Part shown: positions 14,016 to 28,195 of the stretch, one piece after another
How positions within the stretch are numbered: position 1 is the first letter of the stretch
Layout of the letters: the number at the start of each line of letters is the position of its first letter
Origin: Antedon mediterranea
Taxonomy: Eukaryota; Animalia; Echinodermata
DNA: 64,000 nucleotides
Reading direction: 5' to 3'
Assembly (NCBI RefSeq): GCF_964355755.1
Contig: NC_092671.1
Span: forward strand, 23,510,070-23,574,069
The notes under the pieces: model-generated
Told to the model about the DNA's origin: nothing
Databases searched by the model: none
The model's input: only the letters and a program-made list of their open reading frames with translations
Position numbers and translations under genes: made by a program

Positions 14016-14210
14016 AATAAGGTTTATCGCAAATAGCGTGCGAGACGCATGATGGGAAGGGTTTGGGAGCAAACGTCACAACGCGTACGTACGTAATTTG
14101 TTGTTTGTACGTACGCGTTGTGACGTTTGCTCCCAAACCCTTCCCATCATGCATTGTAAAATGACATTCCTTGCGATTTTAAGCTAGGCCTATTTGCGAT
14201 AAACCTTATT
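14016..14210. mobile_element. Palindromic MITE
   Basis: 21-bp TIR AATAAGGTTTATCGCAAATAG / CTATTTGCGATAAACCTTATT plus an internal inverted repeat of about 46 bp (14047-14092 vs 14107-14152). Confidence 0.75.
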
Positions 14211-14887
14211 TGTAAAGCGCAAGCATCCGTCTAAAAAAGAAGCTCACTGCGCTACTGAACAAAGAGCATGAAAAAGTTACAAATCTTAAACTACTAGACT
14301 ACAAACATTACAAATACGCTACAAGTTTTCTGGATAAGACATGGTGAATAAATGAGCCTTAAGCTAGACTTGAATGTATATAATGTAAGTAACTGTCTAG
14401 TTGGACGCCAAGATTTCTGGCTGAGCTGGAGATGTAATTATACGTCCATGGTTTAACCATGTAATGTATAATATATTTATTTTTATTTAAATTTATTTTT
14501 AATATGTCGAATGCAGTTTTAATTGTTTATTAGATTGCTGGGTGGCAATGCATGCATAATAAAGTGTAATAGCCCTCCGACGTACTTAACAAAAATGGAA
14601 CGTCGCGGTTTTCTAGGCGCTGTAGCTACGAAGTGAACGCGAATGATTTTTACTGTATATTATATTCCCCGACGAAAAGTACTCGCGTTTCCGACAGGGG
14701 GGGGCTAGGCTCCCTGACGAGGGGGCTACAGCCCCCGTAGCCCCCCCGCTGGCGCCACCACTGCTGTATCCCCGATATAGTCTTGTGTTCAATATGGTAG
14801 AATAAATCGCGTTTTATTTTGGTTCCGATAAAAATCATCCAGTATTTGCGGTTATTGGTTCTGGTCAATATTTTGTTTATTTTACAG

Positions 14888-14928
14888 GTTGCAAGAAGTT
14901 TGTGAATGTGTGCTCTTTGAAAATCATT
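14888..14928 (+). other. Candidate 41-nt upstream (5'UTR) exon of FAIM
   Basis: Polypyrimidine tract + TTTACAG acceptor and GTAAGA donor; about 245 bp upstream of the first coding exon. Confidence 0.45.
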
Positions 14929-15181
14929 GTAAGAAATGTTGTTTCTGAAAAGAAATTAACAGTTAAAATAGTTTATAATTAGTAGTAGAGTATTTATTAC
15001 CAATGATACGTTCTTTCTATGCCTATGCACCCACCTAACCTACTCTACTATGTACGCATGTCGGATCTACTGATAATGATAATATTGTGATAACCTTGCT
15101 TGGGATGCGTACGCGAGAATTGTTGTTTCATTTGGTTTGCTTAATATATTATTTTATTGCCGCTTAAATGTAGGTAAAAAT

Positions 15182-15292
15182 ATGTCAGATATTGTTGCAC
15201 AATGGGATGTATCTCTAAGTGATGGCATTCATAATGTAATCTTTGAACATGGAACAACATCCGGCAAGAGAGTTATTCACCTGGATAGTAAG
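15182..15292 (+). CDS. FAIM: FAIM coding exon 1 (MSDIVAQWDVSLSDGIHNVIFEHGTTSGKRVIHLDSK)
   Basis: Recognisable FAIM N-terminus (WDVxLSDGxHxxxFEHGTTSGKR); acceptor TAG ending 15173, donor GTAGGT at 15293, phase 0. Confidence 0.93.
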
Positions 15293-18200
15293 GTAGGTAA
15301 TTGCCCAGTGTTAGTAGTAATATGTTTTTTGGAGTTACCGTAATACCTTAAATGTTATTCTTGAGTTACTTAATTAGTGTCACTGTCAGTCATATAGTGC
15401 AACTGGCATATACAGGTTTATTTTTATTTTTTCTCTCCTCTATATAAACAAAAAAAAAAACAAGTAAACGTCACAAATCACAAGACAGATCTCTTTATTT
15501 TCTGCATGCCATTACAAAGAGTTCTCTAAAACTCCCATTTTATACATAATTTAAAACATGGTATTTCTTTCCCTGGCGATAATAGTTTCTTTTTTTTATT
15601 AAAGTAATTTTAACAAAATATTGTAGGCTTGAGATTTAATTTCCACTTCTACTATTAAATACAGTATCATTTTCTTAATAATAATTATATTTAAAGTAAA
15701 CAGTAAAATAAGAATTTTGAATGTGAATTATTTGTCGTATTCGATTGGGAACTAACGTAAAGATTCGTTGAGTACTTTTTGCATTCAAATTGTAAATTTG
15801 TGCTTAACAGAAAGTCATTCGAATAGAAAACGTTGACAACGAAAGCTTTTTCGTTAAGAACAATATCAACGCTTAAAATACTCCATTAAATAATTACTCA
15901 ACGGACAAACTCCTCAATGGTCACGCTCGAGTACGACAATTGATTGATTATTGAAATAAAAGAAAGAAAGAAAGATCTATCTACATTACAACTTGTAGAG
16001 GTGTTCTATAATTCCACTCCATTTTAGTAACAATTTGAACATGGTAATTTATTTTCATGGCAATATTTTTTCTGCCTTATGATGAAATTCAAGTAATTTA
16101 TTTAAAAAAAAAACCTAACCATTACAGGTTTTACCTTATCACAATCAAATAAAAATGGTTTCTCATTTCATTTGAGCTGTAAAGGGTTCTTTAATTCTTT
16201 CAGTTATTATTTGATAAATAGTCTTTAAAACATATACTTTTTACAATCATTTCTTTTATAAACCAGAGTATTGGAATTTCAGAAACCACTCTTAAAAAGT
16301 AATTTTTACAAGGTCTATCCATGAAATAAACAGAATTACTTTCCTATCTTCACTGAATAGGTCACATACCAATTCCATGCCACTCTCCATGAGAGGAACC
16401 CAGAGACAAGGGGTTACCATTCACCCTAATTATTATGATTATTCAAAATGCACTGTAAAATAACATTGACCTCAAAGTTCAAAGTATAATATCAACATTT
16501 AAAATTGTGGAACATTCTTCCATTTATTTTGTTCTCATGTTACAGTAAAAAATAATACAGATACTATTTAGTATTATTTTTGTACCTTTTGAGTCCATCA
16601 AACTTATTTAAACATGGATTTTATGTCAATCATTTTTGAGGCCTCCCCCTTTGAGATCCCTAATAATTACTTTTCTTTTAACAAAGCCATACTGCCCTTC
16701 CACAAAAAAGCATAGAAATTTAGTCCGGCAGCCAAGGGGTTTAACCTTGTAATGTTTCCTATAGTTTTTTTTTTTGATGGATTTTGATTCTCGATACCAG
16801 AATGAAGGTTTTTTTACTGGACGGCTGTCGACATTGAGCAATTTGCATAATTAGCATAAACAAAATGGCCGCTATTTTCTTAAAAACATGCTGACCTTTG
16901 ACCTCTTGTCGCTATATTTTTGAAAAAAATTAAATAGATTTTTAAAAACATGTATCGTTTCGACGGTCATCAATCACCGATGGTTTGCACATTTTCATAG
17001 TGAAAATAGTACGTCGGAGCACATCGCCAGCTTGATCGAATTCCACCAAGCATGTACGTCGACATCCTTTGTGTACCATCAATCTGAATATGCCGTGTAG
17101 TGATTTTAATTGTCAAAAACATGATCGTCAGTCGATCGATGGCTCAGAGTTTCGATAAATCTTGCGTGTGTGACGTGGTGGTGGAAATACTCCAGCAAGT
17201 TTGCTTCATTAATATGCATGAGACTCTGTGACAACCCGTGACGTCATTTTACTTTAGCTGCATGCGAAAAAGTAGTCACCGCGATCGACCCGGCGCGCGT
17301 GTAAGAAAATAATACCGGCCTAGGCTAGGACAAGTTTATGCTTATATAAAAGCTGAAAAACATTGTCGCGTTGTAAAAATTTAGATTTAAAATACAGGCA
17401 AGTTGTTAGCTTGCTTTGGTACCCTAGGTAAGTATCAGCTGCATGTTACACATGTTGTAATTTGCGAGCTTTAGAGTGTTTGGTAAATGACATTATGAGA
17501 TGTTTGTAAATCGTTTTAAACGACTTACAATGTGCTAGAACGCCAAAATTTCCTCCCAGCCTATGTTTGCTCGCTTCGCTCGCAAAGCTATGCCCCCCCC
17601 CCCCTAATTCAATATTCTAGATCCGCTCCTGCAAAGTTTTTGATTTTCCCCACAGACTCAAACTGCTTTGTTCTCCAGACATTAAGAATTTTGTTCAGCT
17701 GAATAACTTTCAGTTCAAAATTGTATTGTAATATGAGAAAAAGACTCACAATACTTTTGTTGGTTGATTAAATGGAGGCCATTCTAAATCAAAAGGTATT
17801 TTTTTAATTCTACCTGATCCTAACCACATACATCGTAAGTTTTAAGCCTTACTAAATTAATAGTCAAGTAATTAAATAGGGTGTACACTTTTTGTTCATT
17901 TTTCAAATAAAGTTGTATCACCTGCGTATTGAATAATTTTAAAGTGGAGCTCCACCCAGAATATTTCTATTTTTCTTACATTTCAACTGTTTTTTTCTGT
18001 TTTATGTGGGTTTGTCCCACTTTTATTTCATAAACTTTTAAACTATTGAAATACATTGCAGGTAATAATATATAATAAATATTTTATAGTGCTATACAAT
18101 AAAAATAAAATTATTTTTTAACCTATTTTTTTTGTGTTAATTTATTCCCATACACATGAACTAACATTCTCTACTACTCTTTCAAGTAATAATCATTTCT

Positions 18201-20899
18201 TCTACACATTAACAAACATTGTTTATAATACATATTTTCTAATCATATTTACATTTTTTTTTAGACATTTGCTCTTTCTCTTAAATTTTGAGACATCATC
18301 ACGATGATTCAATCATCTTTTTTTTTTTTGTTGCATTTTACATTAAAGACCCATTCTCTATAATTGTTGACGTTTTGTAAAAATAATGCATATACATTGC
18401 ATTAATTGCATGTATAAAATTGAGTCGCCATTTTTCGACACTATAATTTACTATAAGGAAGAAAAGATATCAACGCGTTCACCGACGAAAAAAAAATTTG
18501 TCCATTGCCAAGTGTAATGTATTTAAAAAATACTATTTTCTGACTGATTTTTTTAGAAATGAGTTTTTGGAAAATATTGTGTAATAACTTTCAAGTAAAC
18601 ATACTTAAACATAATATAAGCTTCTTAATACTTCTTTTCTGCTGCTGTTTAAAAATATTTGGTCTATCCATGGATTAAAGAATAGAAGGATGCATCGACG
18701 GTGACATCAAACGATTTTACAACGCGCTTGCCTATACTAAAGCACTGCTGCCAATCAAACAAACACGCTCATTGAACTCCGTGTCTCTAACCGCGGCCCT
18801 CTGTAAAACGCTGCGAATCAACTGTTACATTTTTTTAGACCAAAACATAACCATGTAGAAATCGTATGCGCAGTCTGAATGTTCTATTGACATGTCTGCG
18901 TCGATGATTAATTGACAACAAAAATATATTGCTGAATAATTCTGTTTTAGTTTCATCACAATCGGACTACGAAAAGTTCACTTTCTTACGACTGGTAATT
19001 TTAAGTAGTTGGTAATATTAATAAAATATGCAATTTTTATATTTGAATTATCATTATTTGCCTGCTATCTTCTGTCATTAAAAATTGCGTTAATCTATAG
19101 AATATTAAATTATGCATTTGACCATGTATGTTAGCGTGGCCGGTGTTCACCCATACAACAATCATGTTTTTAATATATGACTAAGCAGTGGTTTCTTCAT
19201 AAATCTCCTTAATTATCGATGTGATTATATTTAAATTGTAGTGCCTGGTGATTGGCTAGTGGTTATGTCATCCACATCACATCCAATCACCGGGTCTAAT
19301 TGAATGAAAACAGCGATCCCTGATCCGGGACTGGCTGGCTATGTATAGTTGCGATTCGTTACCTAGCGGTCGTTTTGAAAAGTACACGCAGGGCAAACTT
19401 AATGACGAACAAACGAAGTACCTATTATTATTCACACAAGAAGTAAGACAACGGTGAGTATATAGATCATGATTACACGTTGTATCTACTACACTTAAGA
19501 TTAGCCTAGGCCTACCTAGGCAGTATCAATGTCGGCAAATCAAATGGTTTACTAGTAAGCCTAGAAGGCCTAGCTAGGCCTAGTATCCTTGCTGATTTTG
19601 TAATTGTACATGTATCGCAAAAAGTTCATTTTTACAGTCAATATTTTTTCTGTAATACCATCAACAGACAAAGACGGAGTATAAGACCATCCACAGACAA
19701 AGAAGGGTATGTAGGACCATTCACAGACAAAGGAGGGATAGGACCATATTAACCGAGGAAGCATACAAAAAGAAGATGCAATCAAAATAGACCTACCACT
19801 TGGAAAACAATAAATTGTAGAATAACTGAGGCTTGATTGTTGAAATATAAATAAATAAAATGGCCTTCATTGTAAGGTCATTAATAATATATTAATTAAA
19901 TATAAACTTGATCATCATACTATTCATTTGACATTCAAATAAAGTCTATCTTGAAAAGAAGCTCATAATACAGTATCACCTTTTCAAAGTTTTACGGTAT
20001 GTTCCTCTGTCAAACTATTAAAACTTTTAGCCAATCAGAAGGTGCCATCATCATTGAACTAATGGTACCACGAAGCACAAGGTTTACCAATTTTATGTAC
20101 TATATACAATTTAAGTCCATTAATCATTTAATATAATTACGCCTATCAGGTCAAAGTTCAAAATTAGGTGCGTTTAAGACCAACATAGTATATTCACATA
20201 ATTAAAAATCAATAAATAAATGTCAAAGGTCATAAATTGTGTTTCCGGTCATTTTATGTGAAAATGTTTGATTACTACAAATATAAATGTCTCTATTCTG
20301 AACATAATGATACCAAAATCGATTGAAAATGACCACTAGTTACAGAGATATACAAATACAAGGTCAAAGGTCAAACTGAAAGAAACGTCATTTTTGGACG
20401 AAACTTTTCATTAGAGCAAATAGAAATATACAGTTTGTGAACAATTTGAGACCAGAATTAAGTCTCTAAATATGTATAGTTGCCAAGATATGAACAATTT
20501 TTGTTTTTATTGTGGCCATTTTGAAATCAAGATGGACACCATACCCCCTCCCCCCCCCGGGGGGGGGGTGCCAAGTGTCCAACGTCTATATACATTAAAG
20601 AAACTTTATGCCAAGTTTCATGCTTTGGTAATAAAATGCACAGCTCATGTCATTAAACTGCTCTAAACTTAATGTTAATTTGTGTAAAAAGATACCTATT
20701 TTGAATCTCTTGTACTGTACTTAGCTCTGCTCAGAATACACAGTGACCCCAAGTCAAGTCAATCAAACGAAAAAATAATTTATATTGAATTTTTCGTTTT
20801 ATTTTGTCTAAGGCCTATGTGTAGACCTAACCTTACTATTAAATCCTGCCATTATGATATTAACTATTAGCACTTTTTGCATTCCATACTTTAATAAGG

Positions 20900-21084
20900 C
20901 CGATTTGACCTATTAGTATTTGGCAGAGTTGACGTGAGGCCGAGTTGGTTTGAGGCCGAGATGACGTAAGGTAGAGTTGACTTGGGCCGGACTTGACTTA
21001 GGGCCGAGTTGACTTTGGCCGACTTGACGTGGGGCCGAGTTGACTTTGGTTGAGACAGTTTAGGGCCGAGTTGACCTGCACCCA
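20900..21084 (+). repeat. 15-bp subterminal-type tandem repeat (GGGCCGAGTTGACTT), probable end of another MULE-like element
   Basis: About 10 diverged units ending GTTGACCTGCACCC; no partner end seen. Confidence 0.55.
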
Positions 21085-21389
21085 TATCATGTACATATTA
21101 GACATACAAAATGGTATTATCATTTAGCCACCTGAATTTTTTTTAAATAGAATGTTTTCCCTTTTTTCATGACAATTGCATTCAACAGAGCGCATCTTAC
21201 TTATCTGTGCCAGATTTTCTCTTCAATTTGTATGTTCTTTCTCAAACAATCATCTTTCTCACAGGTTACCACCATTTTCATTTGATGACATCACATCTAA
21301 CAATTTGAATAATGTGGGTCATGTAATTTCACCAATATTTGAATATCATGCTCTTCTTAATTTAAAGATGACCTTGATGTTTATAACAA

Positions 21390-21858
21390 AGCTGCTGAAA
21401 TGTAGATGAATTCATGTAAAAATTATGCCTAATAATAATAGTACCAGATGTTTTGACATAATCATATGGCCAACTAAATTTAAAAAGTAATTTTTTTTTT
21501 AATTTAAAAGAGAGCGCACCATGCTTCTAAATTTTCAATTTTTTTCCAAATATCCTTTTGCTGAAATTATTATCTTCTAAAATTGTCATCTTCATGTTTG
21601 ATTTTGATAACGTCGTCATACCAAACAATTGTGGGTCCCGTAATTTCACCTATGCTATATTTAGACCAGTTACTGTATTGTTTGTATATCGAGACATAAT
21701 AGGCACCACTCAGAACTATATGCATCAAGGCATAGGATGGCATACATCAACGTTTTGTGCTCATATTTTTAAAAATTAAATGTCATTGTCTATAAAATTA
21801 TCTTTTATCACAATGATCACCTATAATTCATCAAAGTGACGAATTAAATTCTAGTTAT
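21390..21858 (+). mobile_element. Degenerate copy of the Helentron-like family of 1327-14010
   Basis: Reverse-complement motifs of the array unit (ATCATATGGCCAAC, GGGTCCCGTAATTTCACCTA); ends AATTCATCAAAGTGACGAATT...CTAG. Confidence 0.6.
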
Positions 21859-22116
21859 TAATTGATTCAAGATAGTAATCATGTCTTGTCAAAGAAAATT
21901 TTTTTATTTTCGAATGCATAAAAGTAACACAAATAAACACAACCATTGCTATAAATTTAATTTAAAAATAAATAAATGATTCATATTTCATTAATCATTT
22001 TATAAAGATTTGTTGTACAAAAATTTATGTCTAATAGTGCTGGTGTGTTTTGCAGCTCAATATTTGAATTCTAAATATTAATGTAAATGTATCTGATTCT
22101 ACAATGTTCCTGACAG

Positions 22117-22339
22117 GAAATCTTTCGAAAGAACTGGATGTTTAAATTGGTTGGACGGGAAGTTTTTTACATTGGAAAACACAAGGCTACTGTTACAATA
22201 GAGGCAACTAGTGGATTTGCATATGAGTATTCATTGGAAGTTGATGGGAAAAGCTTAAAAAAATTCACTGAACAAAGATCAAAAACAGCCAAATGTTGGA
22301 CTCTTACATTAGATGGAATTGATACAAGAATAGTGTTTG
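22117..22339 (+). CDS. FAIM: FAIM coding exon 2 (EIFRKNWMFKLVGREVF...GFAYEYSLEVDGKSLKKF...DGIDTRIVF)
   Basis: FAIM motifs WMFKLVG and FAYEYxLxxxGKSL; CAG acceptor ending 22116, donor GTGAGT at 22340; phase 0 in, phase 1 out. Confidence 0.95.
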
Positions 22340-23977
22340 GTGAGTTTTTTATTACGAGTAATTCTTTTAACAAAGATAATTTCTATTGTTTAATGGTGTT
22401 TTTCAGTATCTATATATTAAATCTGGTAAATTGGTCACGTAATTGTACGTATTTCCACCAAAACCGACGAATAAAACATTTTATATTTTGTACACTAATG
22501 TTGATAAGGCATCATGTCCAAATGTTTTCAAATGTACAAACTGCGTCAAACGGTCACTGATGATTGTTTGTCGCGTGTAACGATCGTAAAGGAGCTAATT
22601 AAATTATTCATTTGAATATATATATAGGGTATTGTACCGCCAACCGCCACCATAATTGTCTAGTCGATGTTTTATTATGCCTACTGCTGCTGCCGTAGAT
22701 CAGATGGTGTAAACAATGTTTAGGCCCAGCTGCCTTTCACCTACTGTTTTATCTTTTTCACTTATGAGTTCACTACGTACAGCAAGTTTATTATTATCAA
22801 CAATATTATTATTGAAATACTGTCAACTTACGTGATGTTAACATAATACAGTGTTCCTAGTAGCGCTAGATCGATTGATAGCCTGTGTATACGTGTGTGC
22901 ACCAGTCCCATCATGTAGGGATGATGTTACCAGATTTTTGCTGATTGCTGGTCGGCATTTTTTCCTACAGCGCCATTGTTGGAGGCTGTGTGTGTACATA
23001 ATATTTTTAGGTTAAATGCAATATTTATTTTGATGACTGTGTGTTGAGGTTTATATGTTACGTACTGTAGTCTACGAATATAATATAAATTTCAAAATAT
23101 TTCAACTTTGTTTTAATAGTTAATGCAATCCGAGTATAATCCCACACCAATAATTTTCGCCAAATGTCATTCTTGGTCCTACAGTGTTATTCTGTAATTC
23201 AGGTTATTTTGTTCAAGTTTAATGCATTGCTAATTTACCACACAAAATAGTATAAAATGTAAAGTAGTAGTACTGGTAAAACATTATAATACTATAGTCC
23301 AGAAATTTTGAGCAAAACGTTGAATTGTATTATTTTGAAATAAATGCTAAATAAGTCAGTAAAACAACAATTTCCAAAATTCATTTTCATTTATCCACTA
23401 TACTGTACAACACTGTTGCTTAATCCACACTCCAGAAAAGAAAATATGATCGAAATTTGCAGAAAGAAGCAATTAAACACTGTTATTTCAAAGTTCGGAA
23501 CGTCCGTAATTAGGCCTACTACAGAAATTCGGCCCAATATTGCGGACGTTGGGAAATGAAGATAAATAGGGTACTACGGAAATGATGGGGAATCCCCGGA
23601 AAAATGCAATAATTACGGACAAATCAACGACATATATGACAGGGTTTTCCACGTACTGTATATTTTTGTGACGCACACAAGCAATCCAAACAGTCAGAAC
23701 TTCATTCTGAGTATGTTCAGAAACATATCTAAAAAAAAATTGTGCACGGTTAATTTTACACTGCAGTCAGTCAATTTACATATAGACTCTCCAACCCTGG
23801 ACTTCTATAACGTTAATGGTTAATATATAATAAAATGGGATCTAAATTTTAACTTAGTGGCAGAAAAAAACATTTATATGAAATTAAGGGTGTTGCCCGG
23901 GCAACTGGGGAAACACCCCTGCATCCGCCCCTGTTCGCATAGAACAAAAATATATATGTGTGTGGTGGCACTATATA

Positions 23978-24491
23978 ATACCCCTTTCACACTAAAAGCA
24001 AAACTCTGGAGTTCAAAACAGCAGGGTTGAACAGCTGAATGTTCTATGTAGGGCGAACTGCGGGGACACATCTGTGTTTTGGTGTGAAAGGTACCAATAT
24101 TAAACTCCTGAATTTTTAGGTCAAAAGGTCATCCTCACACGATCAATCATTGCTTTAGTTTTATTTCAAAATACTTTATATTTGTACAAAATATTTAGCG
24201 GGACTAAAAAATATAGTATAAATAATAATAATATAATGACTTCTGAGACTTTTGAAAATAATTATTAAATTAAAAATATCATTACCGGTAATTAAAATGA
24301 TTCAAATGATCATCGGTATGTAAGCAAACAAAATAGAGGGCGACATTTACATTTTTATTTTATAAATCCTGGTGTTGCTTGGTTGGTGTGAATGGGGTAG
24401 CTCCGGAGTTTCCTGACGTTCTGATGGTCACAAACCCTGGGGTGTCTCCGGAGATCACTCTGGAGTTTGAGTGTGAGTGTGAAAGGAGTAT
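23978..24491. mobile_element. MITE inserted in the Gypsy LTR
   Basis: TIR ATACCCCTTTCACACT / AGTGTGAAAGGAGTAT; removing it restores the LTR seen at 28960-29054. Confidence 0.7.
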
Positions 24492-27477
24492 ATGTATGGA
24501 GTGCTATGTAGGCATAAAGTCAATCTAGATATTACATTCCTCCATTTCTTTAAAGATAGATGAGTTCTGGTTATGATTTATTATATCATAGATTCCAAGT
24601 TATTAATGATAGCTGGTTACGCGAGTCCAAGTGTCCAGTATATAGTACAGTAATATAATCATTATAATTAACATTATAATAACTCCAATTTTTAACTTTT
24701 AACACAACAATATTTAAAATTTGTTTAACAACGTACAGGTATTGGCCATCATAGGGTGTCAAAGTCCCATCATGAAGTATATTCTGCCCCGTATCAGTAC
24801 AATTGTTCGTGCACTGTCCATATGATTATGTTCGTTACACATTATCCATGACATAATCTTTTAGATGTAAAAGGTAGTTTGTGTTGTCTCTGTGGTCTTT
24901 TACTTGGTTCATTAGGTCGGTTTGTTGGTGGTTGTTCTGGTGTAGTTGTGATTTGTCTGAGTAATTTTCTCTCCAGTCTTCTTCCTCATTCTAGTTGTTT
25001 ATGAATCGGTTGGCTAATTTTAATTTGGAAGAGTTTCTGTGTATCTGTCTGCCATCTGTGACTCTTGATGATCCGTTGATTTTGTAAATTACATAGAAAG
25101 CTGGTTCATATGCTGTTCCGCAACCTATAAGTTGCGACCCAAACAATAGGACTCATAGGTTGGGTCACGAAATCGTCTCCGATGCTGAAACTTTTTATCA
25201 ATAATACACTGGTCTAGATGTGAAATTCTACAAAACATTTTACATCTATAGTTTTTTGTTTTATTTTTAAGGGTAATAACAACATAATTCCATGACAAAA
25301 CTGGTTTCGAAGAAAACCGTTGTTTTTCAATAGAAACAAGTCCATACACAAATTATAGCGATGTTGTTCAGGCCAGTAGACCGGGGAGGGCTCCCCCACC
25401 ATTTTAGCGAACCCCCCTGACGTTCGCATTGAAATGCAAATGTTAGTCAGTCACATGTGTTTGTTGGCGAAAAAAGTAGACTACAATCATTTTGTCGCGC
25501 TGTGGGAATATCATTTTCAACCAACTAGAGGTTCCATTTATCATGAATTTTATGTGCGAGAGTACCATCTAGGAGAGTCATTTAACTAAATTCGCTTTGC
25601 CACAGGCCCCACCATATAATCATCAAATAAGCTTGCGGAACGCTGCTGTAGACCATTTGTTCCTTTTCTGTTGCTTTAACAATACATAGTCACCAATGAT
25701 GAATGTATGTTCCTTGGTATTTGTTTTTTATTCTGTTCTTGCATAATTGTTCTTTGTGCTTTCTGTCATTTGTGTTGGTTGTTGAGTATGATCCAGTCTG
25801 GTTCTAACTTGTCTCTTGTTCTTTGCTTGGTATGGGCTTATTCCAGATGAGTAGATCTGAACCCCATTAGGATTTCTTGCAGGGCTTTATTTTTATCTCT
25901 GTGTTGGAGATGTGCTATTTGGTCTGTTTTGTTTACTATTTCATGAAGCTCATTGCATGTTCAGGTGTAACAAGAGGATGGTGGAATCTTCTGCTGCAAA
26001 TTCTTCAAACTATTTTGAATAAAATTTTGTCCGTCTAAAATATCTTGGGTATACCATTGTTTGAGAAAATGTTCTTTAATTTGCTCTTCGTTGATTTTAG
26101 TGCAGTAGAGTATAGTCTCTCTACCTCTAGATATCTGGATCTTTTGTCAATGACCACTAGGTTGTAGTGTCCATCTGGATATAGTCCTCCAAAATCTGCT
26201 GATATCATACTCCATGGTTTGTCGGGAATTTCTGTAGGTTTAACAAGTTCTTATCTGTGTTCTTTAGTCGTCAGTCCACATTCAAAACATTGACCAATGA
26301 TCATCTATGTTAAGCTGTTTAAAGCTGGAGACCAGTATTTTTCAATTGGCATTCGTTTGGTCCTTGTCTAGATGTCCCATGTTGTGAGCAATTTTCACAA
26401 CTTTTCTTTGTAATGATGTTGGTACTATTTGTCTATTCCTGAAAAGTAATCCTTCTGTTATTACGTAGATTTCATGTCTGATTTGGTAGAATTTCCCAAT
26501 CATCAAGTCGCATTATTTTCTGGAGTTGGCGGTTAGTTTCTGTTTCCTTTTCGATCTGGATAATTACCATTGAGTGTTCATCTGTGTTTATTTGCTTTAT
26601 GACGAGTTCTGTTGCATCTGATTCTGTTGTTGGTAGTCGATGTCTAGATAGGAAATCCATTGGATCTCTTTCGTCCCGTCCTGATTCATATACAATTTCA
26701 TATTCATTTTTCAATTCTCGGTTTAGCTGTGCTTTTTGAAAACATTGGGATTATTGTTTTGTGAGCAGTGATAATTCGAAATCTTGGAGCTCCAAGTAGA
26801 TACATCCTCAACCTGTCCTTTGCCCACTTTACTCCTATAAATGCATCTTTCTCTGTCCGGCTATACCTCTTCTCTGTTTCTGTCATTGTCCTGCTGAGGA
26901 AGTGGACAGGTCCCTTTTCTGTCTGTTGCCTCAGTGCATACAGTTATAGGTAGCTTTGGGTTAAAGTAAGCCATTGTGTTCTCATTTGTGTGTCAATTCT
27001 TGGAGCAGTGCAGTCAAAGTTGTGACCCTGGGTATGAATTTTGATAGGTAATTCTTTAATACTGCGTGTCTGTGTGTTTATATTCCAGTGTTGTCTTTTT
27101 AACAATGACTTTCATCTCGTTTGTTTCTTTCAGTAACCCTGTTGGTTCTATTTGTAACATTCCTAAGTCAGTGAATATCTGTTCACTTAACAATGGTGGA
27201 GACTCATTTCTTCCCCTCACTCCAATTATTGTAGCTGGAGTACCTCTGGTTGTGTGTTACTTTGTTTTCGTTCTATTCTTGAATGGTTGGAACTGATGTT
27301 CATCCATAATGTTCCCGGTCACGACATGAACACCAACATCATTGATGTATATCAAGACAGTCTCTATAGAATGTTTGGTATTTGCCTTCCTCAACTTAAT
27401 GTGATATTTGAAATATTCATCATCTGAACTAGTGTCCTCAGTGCAGGTTTTGCCTTTTGTGACGTTTTCTGATTTCT

Positions 27478-28195
27478 GGGCTATGGTCACACTACAGCTC
27501 CAAGCCTGGTGTGACTCACCGCGATCAAGATTTTCGTAGTGTGACCAAACATGGATCGACTTGCGCCTGGCTTGAAATCGATCTCAATCCAGGCAACTCA
27601 ACCTTAGCTTGACTGGGATTGACATTCTTTTTCGGAATCTGGCCAATCACAGTCATCAACTCTGTGGTGTTTATAGGGAATTTTAGTGGATGGATTATTT
27701 TCGTGGATTCCATCGGGTTTTGGTTGATTTTTTAGATAGAACATGAAGATATCAAAGAGATTTTTGCATTAATTTTTCTTCTTGTAATCTGAGGTCCTTC
27801 GTAACTATCACCGGCATTTTGTATGCTGTGCATTGCCATTTCATTGATTGAAGACGAAACTAGCATTATATACGAGATAGGATGCCACCTCTGTCTGCGG
27901 CAGGCCTATATTATGCTTATGATCAGTCAATTGGAATATATATATTTTAAATTTGAGTCACCTACAATAACAACAAAATGCATACCTAGTGAATTTTAAA
28001 TAAAATTGTAAGTATGTACTACATATTGGCTCACATTATTTATTTAGCTAGCCGACTGATTTCCTGTTTAATAGTTCGGAGGACAACCCAACCGAATTCG
28101 AATATAGTGTGACCGCCAAATAAGCTCAAGCCTTGCTTGAAATCTCAATTGCGGTGAGTCGCGCCAGGCTTGAGGCTGTAGTGTGACCGTAGCCC
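27478..28195. mobile_element. PIF/Harbinger-like MITE nested in the Gypsy gag region
   Basis: Imperfect TIR of about 55 bp, GGGCTATGGTCACACTACAGC... / ...GCTGTAGTGTGACCGTAGCCC. Confidence 0.75.

Noticed and set aside
22340-22560. C-terminal half of the 140-aa ORF 22138-22560
   Set aside because: Read-through into intron; FAIM similarity stops at the GTGAGT donor at 22340.
25110-25645. Possible hAT MITE (GTTCCGCAA / TTGCGGAAC) inside the Gypsy
   Set aside because: Left terminus degenerate and no TSD readable.
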